Below, piece after piece: positions 1 to 8,990 of a stretch of 34,200 nt of DNA. The notes under the pieces are model-generated. The model saw nothing but the letters and a program-made list of their open reading frames with translations, had not been told where the DNA came from and ran no database searches. A program made the translations under genes and the position numbers. Within the stretch, counting starts at the first letter, position 1, and every line of letters begins with the position of its first letter. The DNA comes from Candidatus Sigynarchaeum calidifontis (lineage in GTDB: Archaea; Asgardarchaeota; Lokiarchaeia; Sigyniarchaeales; Sigyniarchaeaceae), in assembly GCA_030587475.2 (NCBI GenBank), contig JAUQYZ020000204.1:1-34200 (forward strand). The letters are read 5' to 3'.

Positions 1-1496
1 CCGGCCATGAAGGCAAGGTTGGCAGGGAGCTGTTTCTTGGATTTCTCGACTTGTTTCGGCTTGTCGATATGTTTTGAAGCGCCAGCAGCTTTGCTCGCGC
101 GTTCCTGCTGCGCCTTGATGAAATCTGCCATGGTTCGAGTGTCCGCCCTGACCTCGCCGCGCTCGATCTGGCCTTGCAACACGGCCTGGGAATTCAATCC
201 AAGCACGGTGAAGAGGCATATCGCAAAGAATATGCACTGGAAGATCGTGCGCGCGGGCAGCGAGCCCGTTCCCGATGCCCCCAGTGATGTCATGTCGATC
301 GTGGCGTTGTAGAGCAGACCCATGAGCGATGCGAGGAACACGACGTAATAGGCGCCGGCAATGCGTGCCGCGGGCTGGTCAGAGACGTTAGGGTATGTTG
401 ACCGTACTTGCTGGGCCTTGAGGAGCAGCGTGATGGCCGCGCCGAGCCCCGCGCCGCCGATCACGAGGGATGCGGGGTTGTTGGCGAAGGCGGGGATCGC
501 CTCGTTCAGCACGAGGCAGACCACGAGCACGATCACGGTCGCCAGGATCAAGCGTTCCGAGGGTTTATCCTTGAACAAGAGGGCAAACACGACGATCCCC
601 GCTGCTGCTCCCAGGAAGTAACAGAATGCCTGCCATTGGAACATGATGGCCGGGATCTTCAAGTAGATGATGGGGGCAAGGAGGTTACTCACGGCGATCA
701 TGACCAACCACCACGCGAGCCCTGTCAGCGCGTTCCTCTGGCCAACGTCCTTGAACGCTTTCTCGAACCAGGCAAACCTTGGCAATGCCGAGCTTGCCTT
801 GCCCTCTTTCTTGGGTACTTGTGGCCCGAGGCGGGAGATGGCGAGTAGCGGCGGGGCGGCAAGGATGCATATGGCATTTATCAAGAGCAAGTAGTGGAAG
901 CCATATGGAGCGAACACGAGGTAAAGCACGCCAAGCACCGCGAGCGCGACGGCGATGCCAACCCCTGGCTTCCCGGGGGCGCTGTCGATCCGCAGCCGGG
1001 GCATCACGAGCATGGCATATGCCCCGGAGGCGAAGACCACGCCGAGGTACAGGAGCATGTGGAGAAAATCGCCACGCCACCCATCCTGGCTGAAAAAAAA
1101 CATCATGAGACTCGAAAACGCCGCAACATAGGCTATGACCGACGCCACGGATGAATCCCTCGAATTGGCGATCCCGTCCTTGAATAACTCCTTTTTCTTG
1201 CGGATTTGCATGAACATCTTGTTGATCAGCGTGAACACGAACATCGGCGCGACGATCATCAGCACGAATCCGCCGACGAAGCCGCCGTCCGTGTACGGCA
1301 TGTTAATGCCAGCGAGGCTGCAGAGGCCGAACGGCAAGCAAGCGAGCAAGTACGAGAACACGGGGAGCGCGCTGGCGAGCTCGGCGAGAATCATGAACGC
1401 TGCCGATGAAGACCCGGCTCGGCGGGCATTGCTTGGATCACCAGCGGCTTGCACTTCTGGATCCATGTCCGGGACGTTAAGGTTTAGTTCTGCCAT
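1..1496 (-). CDS. Multi-pass membrane protein, unknown function (3' end runs off the window)
   Basis: Absent from the ORF track because it has no stop inside the window. Manual translation from ATG at 1496 (MAELNLNVPDMDPEV...) stays open to base 3 (about 498 aa) with roughly 11-12 hydrophobic segments. It starts 3 nt after the stop of the 1500..2987 gene. Confidence 0.85.
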   Translation of the reverse strand, partial: MAELNLNVPDMDPEVQAAGDPSNARRAGSSSAAFMILAELASALPVFSYLLACLPFGLCSLAGINMPYTDGGFVGGFVLMIVAPMFVFTLINKMFMQIRKKKELFKDGIANSRDSSVASVIAYVAAFSSLMMFFFSQDGWRGDFLHMLLYLGVVFASGAYAMLVMPRLRIDSAPGKPGVGIAVALAVLGVLYLVFAPYGFHYLLLINAICILAAPPLLAISRLGPQVPKKEGKASSALPRFAWFEKAFKDVGQRNALTGLAWWLVMIAVSNLLAPIIYLKIPAIMFQWQAFCYFLGAAAGIVVFALLFKDKPSERLILATVIVLVVCLVLNEAIPAFANNPASLVIGGAGLGAAITLLLKAQQVRSTYPNVSDQPAARIAGAYYVVFLASLMGLLYNATIDMTSLGASGTGSLPARTIFQCIFFAICLFTVLGLNSQAVLQGQIERGEVRADTRTMADFIKAQQERASKAAGASKHIDKPKQVEKSKKQLPANLAFMA

Positions 1497-1499
1497 GTC

Positions 1500-2987
1500 T
1501 CACACGCTCCATATCTTGATGTTGGTCGTCGTGGCGTTCGCCAGGTAGAAGTTTACCTCGACTGTGATCACGCCGGCCATGTCTGCCCGTGATACCTTTT
1601 TCGAGATGAACGTGGTCGGCCTTGTCGCGTTCGACCAGAACATCGCGTCGGTACCGATGATCGAGACCCGGATCGTCGCGTTGGTGAAGTACTCGTAATC
1701 AAACCGGTTCGTGATGAGACAATCGGCGCCCGTGAAGGCGTGGCTCTCGTCTTGCCAGCTCACGTTCCCGCTGAATGTCACCCTCGGCGCGTCAGGATCC
1801 TTGCCGATCACCGCTTCGAGGCTCTCGTACGCGCGTCGCGTGCCGTTTGCGGCGAGGCTGGTGAAATTCACCATTGCGTGGTTCTTGAACGTGATGACCC
1901 GGTACCCGGCATCTTCCCGGCCGTCGTTCGTCTGCACGAATAGCGTTCTTCTCCACGGGTCGTTGGCGGATACCTTCGTGCAATTGCCGATGTTGAGCTG
2001 GTCGTCGTGGTTGTGGCCATAAAGATATGCGGTCACGTTGTACCGATCGCAGAGCTCGATGAATTCCACGTTATACTTGTCGAAATTCCTGTTGATGTCA
2101 CCGGGTTCGTCGATCTTGTCGCATTCATAGGGTGGTGCATGTCCCGCGATGATCTTGACCGGTGTCGCCGCGTGGGTGGCCATGTCTTCTTGGAGCCAGC
2201 TAAAGAGATGGTCGCGCAGCGCGTCGAGGTTCATGCCCGTGTCGATATAAGTGAAGTGGTAGTCTGGACCATAGTCGAACGTGAAATTGAAGTACCGGCA
2301 CCAGCGCTTGTACTCGTCCGTCCCGAAATAGTCGTGGTTGCCGGGGCCGGCGTACACCGGCACTTTCAAGCGCCGCGTGCAGCGATCGTGGATGAACCGG
2401 TATTCTGATCCGAGCGCAACCTCGGTGAGGTCCCCCGTGATGATGACGAATTCCGGGTTGATCAAGTTGGCCTGGTCGACCATCGCGTCGAAAAAAGCGT
2501 AGGAGTCATTCCACATGTCCTTGTAATCTTGCGAAAAGCCGACTTGCGGGTCGCTCCAGACGATGACCTTGAACTCGGGCTTGTAAGCCGCGACGACCTT
2601 GACCGCGTGGCGCTGCGCGTCAGCCATCCCGTTCACAGTGACTTCCAGGTCATACAAGGTGTCGTTGATCGTGCCGCTCGGGATATTCGCGATCGCCGTT
2701 ATAGAGTTTCCATTCGCGGATATCGATGACAGAGCCAAGGTAAAGTTGCCATAACACGACGTTATCCTTGCACTCATATCCAATGTCCCGATAATTGGTG
2801 CATTGGTGTCGATCTCGATAATAAACGGCTCGTTCGACGTGCGGATAACCGGCACGTTCCACCTGGGCCTTGCCAAAGATATCTTGTTCGTAACCCCGAG
2901 AAGCACCGCGAAGGACGCGATCATCGCGCCCGAAATGATAAGCAAGACGAGGGCTTCGGACTTCACGGGGGTCGTTTTCACAGCCAT
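1500..2987 (-). CDS. Membrane-anchored/secreted calcineurin-like metallophosphoesterase
   Basis: N-terminal TM/signal segment, then a beta-rich region. Metallophosphoesterase motifs WSDPQ, TGDL, GPGNHD, AGH and GHNH. Many N-x-S/T sequons. Confidence 0.88.
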   Translation of the reverse strand: MAVKTTPVKSEALVLLIISGAMIASFAVLLGVTNKISLARPRWNVPVIRTSNEPFIIEIDTNAPIIGTLDMSARITSCYGNFTLALSSISANGNSITAIANIPSGTINDTLYDLEVTVNGMADAQRHAVKVVAAYKPEFKVIVWSDPQVGFSQDYKDMWNDSYAFFDAMVDQANLINPEFVIITGDLTEVALGSEYRFIHDRCTRRLKVPVYAGPGNHDYFGTDEYKRWCRYFNFTFDYGPDYHFTYIDTGMNLDALRDHLFSWLQEDMATHAATPVKIIAGHAPPYECDKIDEPGDINRNFDKYNVEFIELCDRYNVTAYLYGHNHDDQLNIGNCTKVSANDPWRRTLFVQTNDGREDAGYRVITFKNHAMVNFTSLAANGTRRAYESLEAVIGKDPDAPRVTFSGNVSWQDESHAFTGADCLITNRFDYEYFTNATIRVSIIGTDAMFWSNATRPTTFISKKVSRADMAGVITVEVNFYLANATTTNIKIWSV

Positions 2988-3012
2988 GGCTTGTTTTTCC
3001 TCTCTACCGTTT

Positions 3013-3759
3013 TTATCTGTTCCTGTTTCCGAGAGCGATGAAGACGAAACCGAGCAAGCATATCGCCGCGCGATACCAATAGCCGCTGCCTGAATGGCCG
3101 ACCGTGTGGATATTCACGAGGATGAATATAAAACCGAAGCCGAGCAGTATTGCGTTCCGCTTCAGATCTCCCGTGGTCTTCCCCGCCAGCACCCAGTAGA
3201 TCAGCGGGATGACCGCGAATGCGACGAATCCAAGGGTGGTGAACACGATCGCGATGGGGTCATCGAAATTCGTATCGAAGATATCGATCTTCATCCCCGT
3301 GAGGGGCGTGTAAAGGAACGACGCGGTCGCGCATGCGATTAAAAAGATGAAGAAAACGTGGTGTACCTTGGGCAAGAATGCCCTTTCCATGAAGAACACC
3401 GCGACGGCCAGCCCGATGAGAAAAATCATGTTCGAGAAGTACCCGACTTCGATTTGGCCAAAAAGGACGTAATGGTACGCGAGGAATTGCGCCCACGAAT
3501 AGATCTCTGCATTTGCAAGGGGAATCCCGAACAGATCCATTGGTGCGGCTGGATTCGTCAACGTGTAAAGCGGGTTGTCCAGAACGCGGCTGATGAACAA
3601 AAACAAGAACAAAATGGCCATCCCGTAGTTCAATTGCTTCAGCGTGGTCATGTTGGCTTCCGTTTTTCGTGCCTTGTGGAAATAGTATGTTGCAAAAACG
3701 AGGCACATTATGATGCACACTTCACCGAGAAAAATTTCCCAGCCTTGTATTTTTGCCAT
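3013..3759 (-). CDS. Stand-alone 7TM membrane protein
   Basis: Seven hydrophobic segments in about 248 aa with no soluble output domain. ATG at 3759 is preferred over GTG at 3768. Confidence 0.8.
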   Translation of the reverse strand: MAKIQGWEIFLGEVCIIMCLVFATYYFHKARKTEANMTTLKQLNYGMAILFLFLFISRVLDNPLYTLTNPAAPMDLFGIPLANAEIYSWAQFLAYHYVLFGQIEVGYFSNMIFLIGLAVAVFFMERAFLPKVHHVFFIFLIACATASFLYTPLTGMKIDIFDTNFDDPIAIVFTTLGFVAFAVIPLIYWVLAGKTTGDLKRNAILLGFGFIFILVNIHTVGHSGSGYWYRAAICLLGFVFIALGNRNR

Positions 3760-4050
3760 TGATGACACATTCTTTTGTTGTTTTTTGTTATAGCTTCCCG
3801 TTATGTTAAGATATCACCTATCAAGTCGCGTTTGTGAGAAAACAAATAAACATATCTTCAACGACCATGCTATTTTCTCATCATTAAAATGGGTAATGTT
3901 TTAGTTATACAGAGCTGCGGCGCTCATCGGGGAGACCCTTAAGTAAATGCGGATATATCACCATGTTCCTTTCTTTTGGATCGTGAAATTTGAGCAAATT
4001 GCCTGTGCGAGGATCGACGACACCAACATGGCACCAAAAGGAGTTTTATA

Positions 4051-4125
4051 TGGTGGGAATGGCCGGATTCGAACCGGCGTGACCGGATTCACAGTCCGGG
4101 AGACTCACCCCTATCCTACATTCCC
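4051..4125 (-). tRNA. tRNA-His (GUG), 75 nt, CCA encoded, no intron
   Basis: The reverse complement folds as a cloverleaf: acceptor GGGAATG/CATTCCC, D-stem GGAT/GTCT, anticodon arm CCGGA-CT GTG AA-TCCGG, variable loop TCAC, T-arm GCCGG-TTCGAAT-CCGGC, discriminator A, then CCA. Confidence 0.95.
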
Positions 4126-4235
4126 ATTTGATGAAGTATTTTCGATTAATCTTGTTAATTCGATTCGGGGATGTATCTGGGAATGAGCCTTGATAATTAA
4201 ATTTTCGTTCGGGCGGTCTCCAAGAAGGTGCACGG

Positions 4236-5471
4236 CTAAATCACGCGCTTCCGCTTGAGGCGCTTGAGCGTCTCGTCGTCGATCTGGAGCGCGCGGTAGA
4301 TCGCATCGTTGTCTCGCCCCGGATCCGGCGCGGGCTCGATTTTCAGCGGCTCGCCATTGAATAACAAGGGGGAGCGCAAGTGTTCCCTGGTTCCATACGC
4401 CGCGTCCTCGACCGGCACGAATAATTTTCGATATTTCACCTGGACATCACTCCAAGCACTCGTGATGTCGTGCACCGGCGCGCAACACACGTCCTTGCTG
4501 TTCAAGAATGTTACCCACTCGTCGCGGTCTCTCTCAAGGAACACGGCTTCGAGGATGCGGTTTATCTCCTCGAAACTCTTGGTCGGCTTGAGACCGATCG
4601 CCTTTTCGACGTATTGGATCCCCGCGAATTGCAGTTCCTTGAGCTCCGCGTGGCCGATGGCATCGCAAAAATTATCCCAGAACTTTTGCTCGATGGCACC
4701 GAGCGACACGTAACCGCCATCCTTGCACTTGAACAACCGGTAGAACGGATAGAAGCCAGACAAGACATCCTCGCCCTTCTTGAAATCCGGTACCCCGGCC
4801 ATGCGATTGCAATTGTAGAGATGGAGCAATGAAAACACGGACTCGAAGATCGACGCGTCGACGTGCGTGAATGCGCCACTCCCGGGCTTCCGCCCGGCGA
4901 GGGCCCCGAGAACGCCGATAACGGCGTAGAGCCCGCCGATGTAATCCGCGAATGGTATCGGGAAGGGGAGCGGGGGCCCGGCCGGCTCGCCGCTCATCGA
5001 AAGCAAGCCGGCGATTGACAAGTAGTTCATGTCGTGGCCTGGCTCGTTCGCCCTCGGGCCATCATGGCCGTAGCCGCATACCGACGCGAAAACGAGCTTC
5101 GGGTTTGCAGCCTGGAGCACCTCCTTGCCCAGGTTCCAGTGTTCTAGCGTGCCAGGCTTGAACGATTCGACGAGCGCGTCGGCCGTGGCGACCAGCTTCA
5201 AGAAGATGTCCCTGCCTTCTGGCTTGGTGTAGTCGAGCGTGATGCTCTTCTTGTTCCTGTTGATCTGGTAATAGAGCCCACCGACACGCAGTTTCTCCCC
5301 GATGACGAACGGCGGCGTGAACCGGGCCATGTCCTTCGTGGGATCCGGGTGCTCGACCTTGATGACCTCCGCGCCCAGGTCACCGAGCACCATGGTCGCG
5401 AACGGGCCTGGTAACAACTTGGTCAAATCGACAATGCGGATACCTTCTAATGGCTTTATTTTCGCTGCCAT
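4236..5471 (-). CDS. CoA-transferase family III (CaiB/BaiF, AMACR-like)
   Basis: Motifs PLEGIRIVDLTKLLPGPFATMVLGDLGAEVIKVE, NRNKKSITLD, GHDMNY, PFADYIGG (catalytic Asp) and FKCKDG. Confidence 0.95.
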   Translation of the reverse strand: MAAKIKPLEGIRIVDLTKLLPGPFATMVLGDLGAEVIKVEHPDPTKDMARFTPPFVIGEKLRVGGLYYQINRNKKSITLDYTKPEGRDIFLKLVATADALVESFKPGTLEHWNLGKEVLQAANPKLVFASVCGYGHDGPRANEPGHDMNYLSIAGLLSMSGEPAGPPLPFPIPFADYIGGLYAVIGVLGALAGRKPGSGAFTHVDASIFESVFSLLHLYNCNRMAGVPDFKKGEDVLSGFYPFYRLFKCKDGGYVSLGAIEQKFWDNFCDAIGHAELKELQFAGIQYVEKAIGLKPTKSFEEINRILEAVFLERDRDEWVTFLNSKDVCCAPVHDITSAWSDVQVKYRKLFVPVEDAAYGTREHLRSPLLFNGEPLKIEPAPDPGRDNDAIYRALQIDDETLKRLKRKRVI

Positions 5472-5498
5472 GACGCGTCGACCCTCGATTTTCGTGCC

Positions 5499-5657
5499 TT
5501 ACTTGCAGCAGAATTGCTTACGAATCAGGTATTGGATGTCGTCCCATTTCTTGTCGAACTCATCCAAGTCTTTCTCGTCCTTGTCCTCCTTCTTGATTTC
5601 GTCGATTACCGGCTGCTTGCACGAAACCCTCGTCGCGTCGTCATGCTGCTCCGCCAC
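5499..5657 (-). CDS. Small acidic protein (52 aa) ending in FCCK
   Basis: Below the ORF-track cutoff. Sequence MAEQHDDATRVSCKQPVIDEIKKEDKDEKDLDEFDKKWDDIQYLIRKQFCCK. GTG start with GGTGA 5 nt upstream (alternative GTGs at 5666 and 5669), TATA-like TTTTAAA just upstream, and gene-like codon usage. Confidence 0.6.
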   Translation of the reverse strand: MAEQHDDATRVSCKQPVIDEIKKEDKDEKDLDEFDKKWDDIQYLIRKQFCCK

Positions 5658-5685
5658 GCGTGTCACCACGGAATCTTTACAACAA

Positions 5686-5700
5686 ACCTTTAAAACGATG
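5686..5700 (-). promoter_or_regulatory. Putative archaeal TATA box for the small ORF / CoA-transferase
   Basis: Minus strand reads catcgTTTTAAAggt about 20-25 nt upstream of the first in-frame GTG (5669). Confidence 0.4.
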
Positions 5701-5938
5701 TGCTTTTTGATAGATACGCACCACTAGGTGAAAAGGTTATGGCCGGCGATTGCGTTCACTAAAAATGGATCACGCATTTCTCTTTCTCTCACAAGATATC
5801 CGCCAGCCATTCCCCCGTGCGACTCGACCCTCGCTTATCGCACTCGATTATCCGGCTTAGCGGCGGCCAGGGTCCAAAACACGACAATCATAATGATCTA
5901 TCGAATAAAACAATACATGTGAAGGGAGCGAAAAGGCA

Positions 5939-6946
5939 ATGCAAAAACCAGAAAAACAGCTCAAGTTCTTGATACCCAAGGGTTCGCTGCAAGAAACGGT
6001 CGAGACCTTGTTGAAGACCGCGGGGTACAAGTATTATCTCGACCCCCGGGGCTATCGGCCGTCCATCAATGACCCTGAAATCGACATGAAGATGCTCCGC
6101 CCCCAGGAAATCCCGAATTACTTGATTGGCGAAAACGAGAGCGACCTCGGCATAACCGGCATCGACTGGGTACGCGAGACGCGCACGATGAAGGACGTGG
6201 AGCTCTTGCTCGATCTCAACGCGGGTAAAGTCAAGCTTGTTTTCGGCATCCCGCAGACCTGGACGAGCTGCAATTCGTTCGATGATTTTCTCGAGGAGTT
6301 CGCCAAGAACAAGCGACAGCTGCGCATATCGACCGAATACATAAACACGACGCTTGACTTCATCGCGAGGAGCAACAAATACAAGCAATACTACGGCGAT
6401 AAGAAGCCGAAGGTCATCACCCCATGGTACGTCTACGGGGACAACGAGATGGTCAAGATCTACCTGAGTTTCGGCGCCACCGAGGCCAAGCCGCCCGAGG
6501 AGGTCGACGCGATCGTCGACAACACCGAGACCGGCAGCACGCTGCGTGCTAACGGCATCAAGATCGTCGACGTGATCGACACCTCGTCGGCCTACTTGAT
6601 CGGGAACAAGGCGGCGCTCAAGAACAAGTGGAAAGCTGAAAAGATCAAGGACATCATGACGTTGCTTCAAGGCGTGGTCGACGCGCGCCAGAAACTCCAC
6701 GTGTTTTTCAACATCCGCGATGAAAATCTCCCGAAGATGCTCGATAGCCTTCCCGCCCTCAAGAACCCTACCATCGCGAAACTCGCGGGCAAGGGTTCCG
6801 AGGGCTGGAGCGCCATCAACACGGTCATCCCGCGCGATGATTTCCTAAAGATGATCCCGATTTTCAGGAAATGGGCGCAAGGCCTAGTCGTGTTCGAGCC
6901 GCGCCAGATCCTCCCGCTGGAAAAGTACAAGTCCGATAACGAGTGA
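5939..6946 (+). CDS. hisG: ATP phosphoribosyltransferase, long form
   Basis: Motifs IPKGSL, RPQEIP, DLGITGIDW, GATEAKPP and DAIVDNTETGSTLRANG. C-terminal regulatory domain with PALKNPTI. Confidence 0.97.
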   Translation: MQKPEKQLKFLIPKGSLQETVETLLKTAGYKYYLDPRGYRPSINDPEIDMKMLRPQEIPNYLIGENESDLGITGIDWVRETRTMKDVELLLDLNAGKVKLVFGIPQTWTSCNSFDDFLEEFAKNKRQLRISTEYINTTLDFIARSNKYKQYYGDKKPKVITPWYVYGDNEMVKIYLSFGATEAKPPEEVDAIVDNTETGSTLRANGIKIVDVIDTSSAYLIGNKAALKNKWKAEKIKDIMTLLQGVVDARQKLHVFFNIRDENLPKMLDSLPALKNPTIAKLAGKGSEGWSAINTVIPRDDFLKMIPIFRKWAQGLVVFEPRQILPLEKYKSDNE

Positions 6947-6988
6947 TTTTTTTCCCGCGAAAACTTCACCGAAACGACGCGATCCGAC

Positions 6989-8308
6989 ATGGACATCACG
7001 ATCAAGAAGTTGAGCAGCTTCTCGCCCGCCGAGCTTCGCAAGGCAACCGTCGACCAGGCCCGGCTCGATCTTGTTAAGAAAGCCGTGGAGAAAATCATCC
7101 GAGACGTGCGCCAGCGCGGTGACGCGGCGGTACTCGATTACACGAGGCAGTTCGACGGCATCGATTTCAAGCCCGGGGATCTCAAGGTTAAACAAGTCGA
7201 GATCGACGCGGCCTACGAGAGCATCGATACGGAGATCATCTCGGCACTCGAAATCGCCCGGGACAACATCAAGAAGTATCACGAGAAGCAAAAACCCGCC
7301 GAATGGGAAATCGAGACGACCCGGGGTATCACGCCCGGTATCATCATCCGGCCGCTCGATACCGTCGGGGTCTACGTGCCTGGCGGAAAAGCGTTCTACC
7401 CGTCGACCGTGCTCATGACCGTGATCCCCGCTGTCGTCGCGGGGGTCAAGCGCATCGTGATGGTCACGCCGCCGAAAAAAGACGGCAAGGTCGAGCCCAT
7501 CGTCCTCGCATCGGCCAGGATAGCTGGCGTGACAGAGATTTACAAGGTTGGCGGGGCGCAAGCCATCGCGGCTCTTGCCTTCGGTACCGCGACCATTCCG
7601 AAGGTCGACGCGGTTGTCGGTCCCGGCAACGTGTACGTGTCGACAGCCAAGCAGTTCCTTCAAGGTGAAGTGCTCATCGACTCGCCGGCTGGGCCAAGCG
7701 AGGTGCTCATCGTGGCCGGGGAAACCGCGTGCCCAAAAAACATCGCGCTGGACATGTGCGCGCAAGCCGAGCATGATCAAGATGCCGTGGCAATCGTGGT
7801 GGTCACGAGCGAAGTGCAAGCAAGAGCAGTGATAGACGAGATCAAGGCCTTGCTACCAACACTCGATCGAAAAGCCATCCTGGAGGTTTCATTGTCGAAA
7901 AACGGGCTCATCATCGTACTCGACAAAACGACGAAGGACGCGGCATTCATGGATGATGCAGCGCGCATCATCAACGAGATCGCGCCCGAGCACTTGCAAC
8001 TGAGCCTCGACGACAAGATCATCACCAAGCTGCTCCCGCTCGTCAAGAACGCGGGAGCTATATTTCTCGGCGAAAACACGCCGGTCCCGCTCGGTGATTA
8101 TGCTGCCGGGACCAACCACGTGCTCCCGACCAGCGGCACGGCGGCAAGGTACTCGGCGCTCAACACGACTTGCTTTATCAAGTACATACCGATCACGAGG
8201 GCAAGCAAGGAAGGCCTGGAAAACCTCGCCCCGACCGTGTGCACGCTCGCGCGGTTCGAAAAGCTCGACGCGCACGCACGCGCCGTGGAGGAACGGATCA
8301 AGAATTGA
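6989..8308 (+). CDS. hisD: Histidinol dehydrogenase
   Basis: Motifs GVYVPGG, GGAQAIAALAFG, GPGNVYV, PAGPSE, AQAEH, APEHL and GDYAAGTNHVLPT. Confidence 0.98.
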   Translation: MDITIKKLSSFSPAELRKATVDQARLDLVKKAVEKIIRDVRQRGDAAVLDYTRQFDGIDFKPGDLKVKQVEIDAAYESIDTEIISALEIARDNIKKYHEKQKPAEWEIETTRGITPGIIIRPLDTVGVYVPGGKAFYPSTVLMTVIPAVVAGVKRIVMVTPPKKDGKVEPIVLASARIAGVTEIYKVGGAQAIAALAFGTATIPKVDAVVGPGNVYVSTAKQFLQGEVLIDSPAGPSEVLIVAGETACPKNIALDMCAQAEHDQDAVAIVVVTSEVQARAVIDEIKALLPTLDRKAILEVSLSKNGLIIVLDKTTKDAAFMDDAARIINEIAPEHLQLSLDDKIITKLLPLVKNAGAIFLGENTPVPLGDYAAGTNHVLPTSGTAARYSALNTTCFIKYIPITRASKEGLENLAPTVCTLARFEKLDAHARAVEERIKN

Positions 8309-8323
8309 TCACGAGTGAACGTC

Positions 8324-8950
8324 ATGGTCGAAATTTGCATCATCGATTACGGCATGGGTAACCTGCGCTCGATCCAGAAGGGGCTCGAGAAAGCGGGTGC
8401 CAAGGCAGTTTTAACGTCAAAGGTGGCCGATGTCAAGAACGCGGGAGCCATCGTGCTCCCTGGCGTCGGCGCGTTCGAGGACGCGATCAAAAACTTGAAG
8501 AACGGCGGTTTCGTCGATGTTATCCGCGAGAAAATTTCGCAAGGAACGCCGTTCCTCGGCGTGTGCCTCGGTTTGCAATTGCTCTTCGAATCAAGCACGG
8601 AAGGCGGCCACTTCGATGGCTTGAAGATCTTGCCCGGCATCGTTGACCGGTTCCCCGCATCGCTCAAGGTAAAGGTGCCGCACATGGGCTGGAACTCGCT
8701 GATCTACAAGGATCCCGGGCACTTTCTCCTGGAAGGCATCCCGGATGGAACCTACATGTACTTCGTTCATAGTTTCCACCCTATCACGAACCCCGAAAAC
8801 ATCGTCGCGACGGCGATCCACGGGCACGAGTTCGCTTGCATCGTGAAAAACAAGGCAGGTAACCTCGTGGCGACCCAGTTCCACCCGGAGAAGTCGTCTT
8901 CGGCAGGCATCAAGATGCTGGAGAACTTCCACAAGTTTTGCCAGCGATGA
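8324..8950 (+). CDS. hisH: Imidazole glycerol phosphate synthase, glutamine amidotransferase subunit
   Basis: Motifs IDYGMGNLRS, LPGVGAF, GVCLGLQ (catalytic Cys), VPHMGWN, YFVHS and QFHPEKS. Start is near 8315-8325. Confidence 0.97.
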   Translation: MVEICIIDYGMGNLRSIQKGLEKAGAKAVLTSKVADVKNAGAIVLPGVGAFEDAIKNLKNGGFVDVIREKISQGTPFLGVCLGLQLLFESSTEGGHFDGLKILPGIVDRFPASLKVKVPHMGWNSLIYKDPGHFLLEGIPDGTYMYFVHSFHPITNPENIVATAIHGHEFACIVKNKAGNLVATQFHPEKSSSAGIKMLENFHKFCQR

Positions 8951-8990
8951 GGCTGTCGCGCCTTTATCAATAAAGGGAGAAAGAAATTGA

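Noticed and set aside
7-1548. Cluster of short plus-strand ORFs at the window start
   Set aside because: All are antisense to the continuous minus-strand membrane protein frame 1496..<1.
3947-4186. 79-aa ORF
   Set aside because: Antisense to the tRNA-His gene.
4178-4190. Short copy of the tRNA acceptor sequence (CATTCCCA) upstream of tRNA-His as a possible att site
   Set aside because: Only 8 nt, on the wrong side for a typical integration scar, and no integrase in the window.
5800-5875. HDV-like ribozyme, ZTP or PRPP riboswitch identity for the hisG upstream element
   Set aside because: Only fragments of the motifs are present (CCTCGC, GCGACT, AGGGTCC), and the required helices and conserved cores could not be built. 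It is kept only as an unassigned structure.
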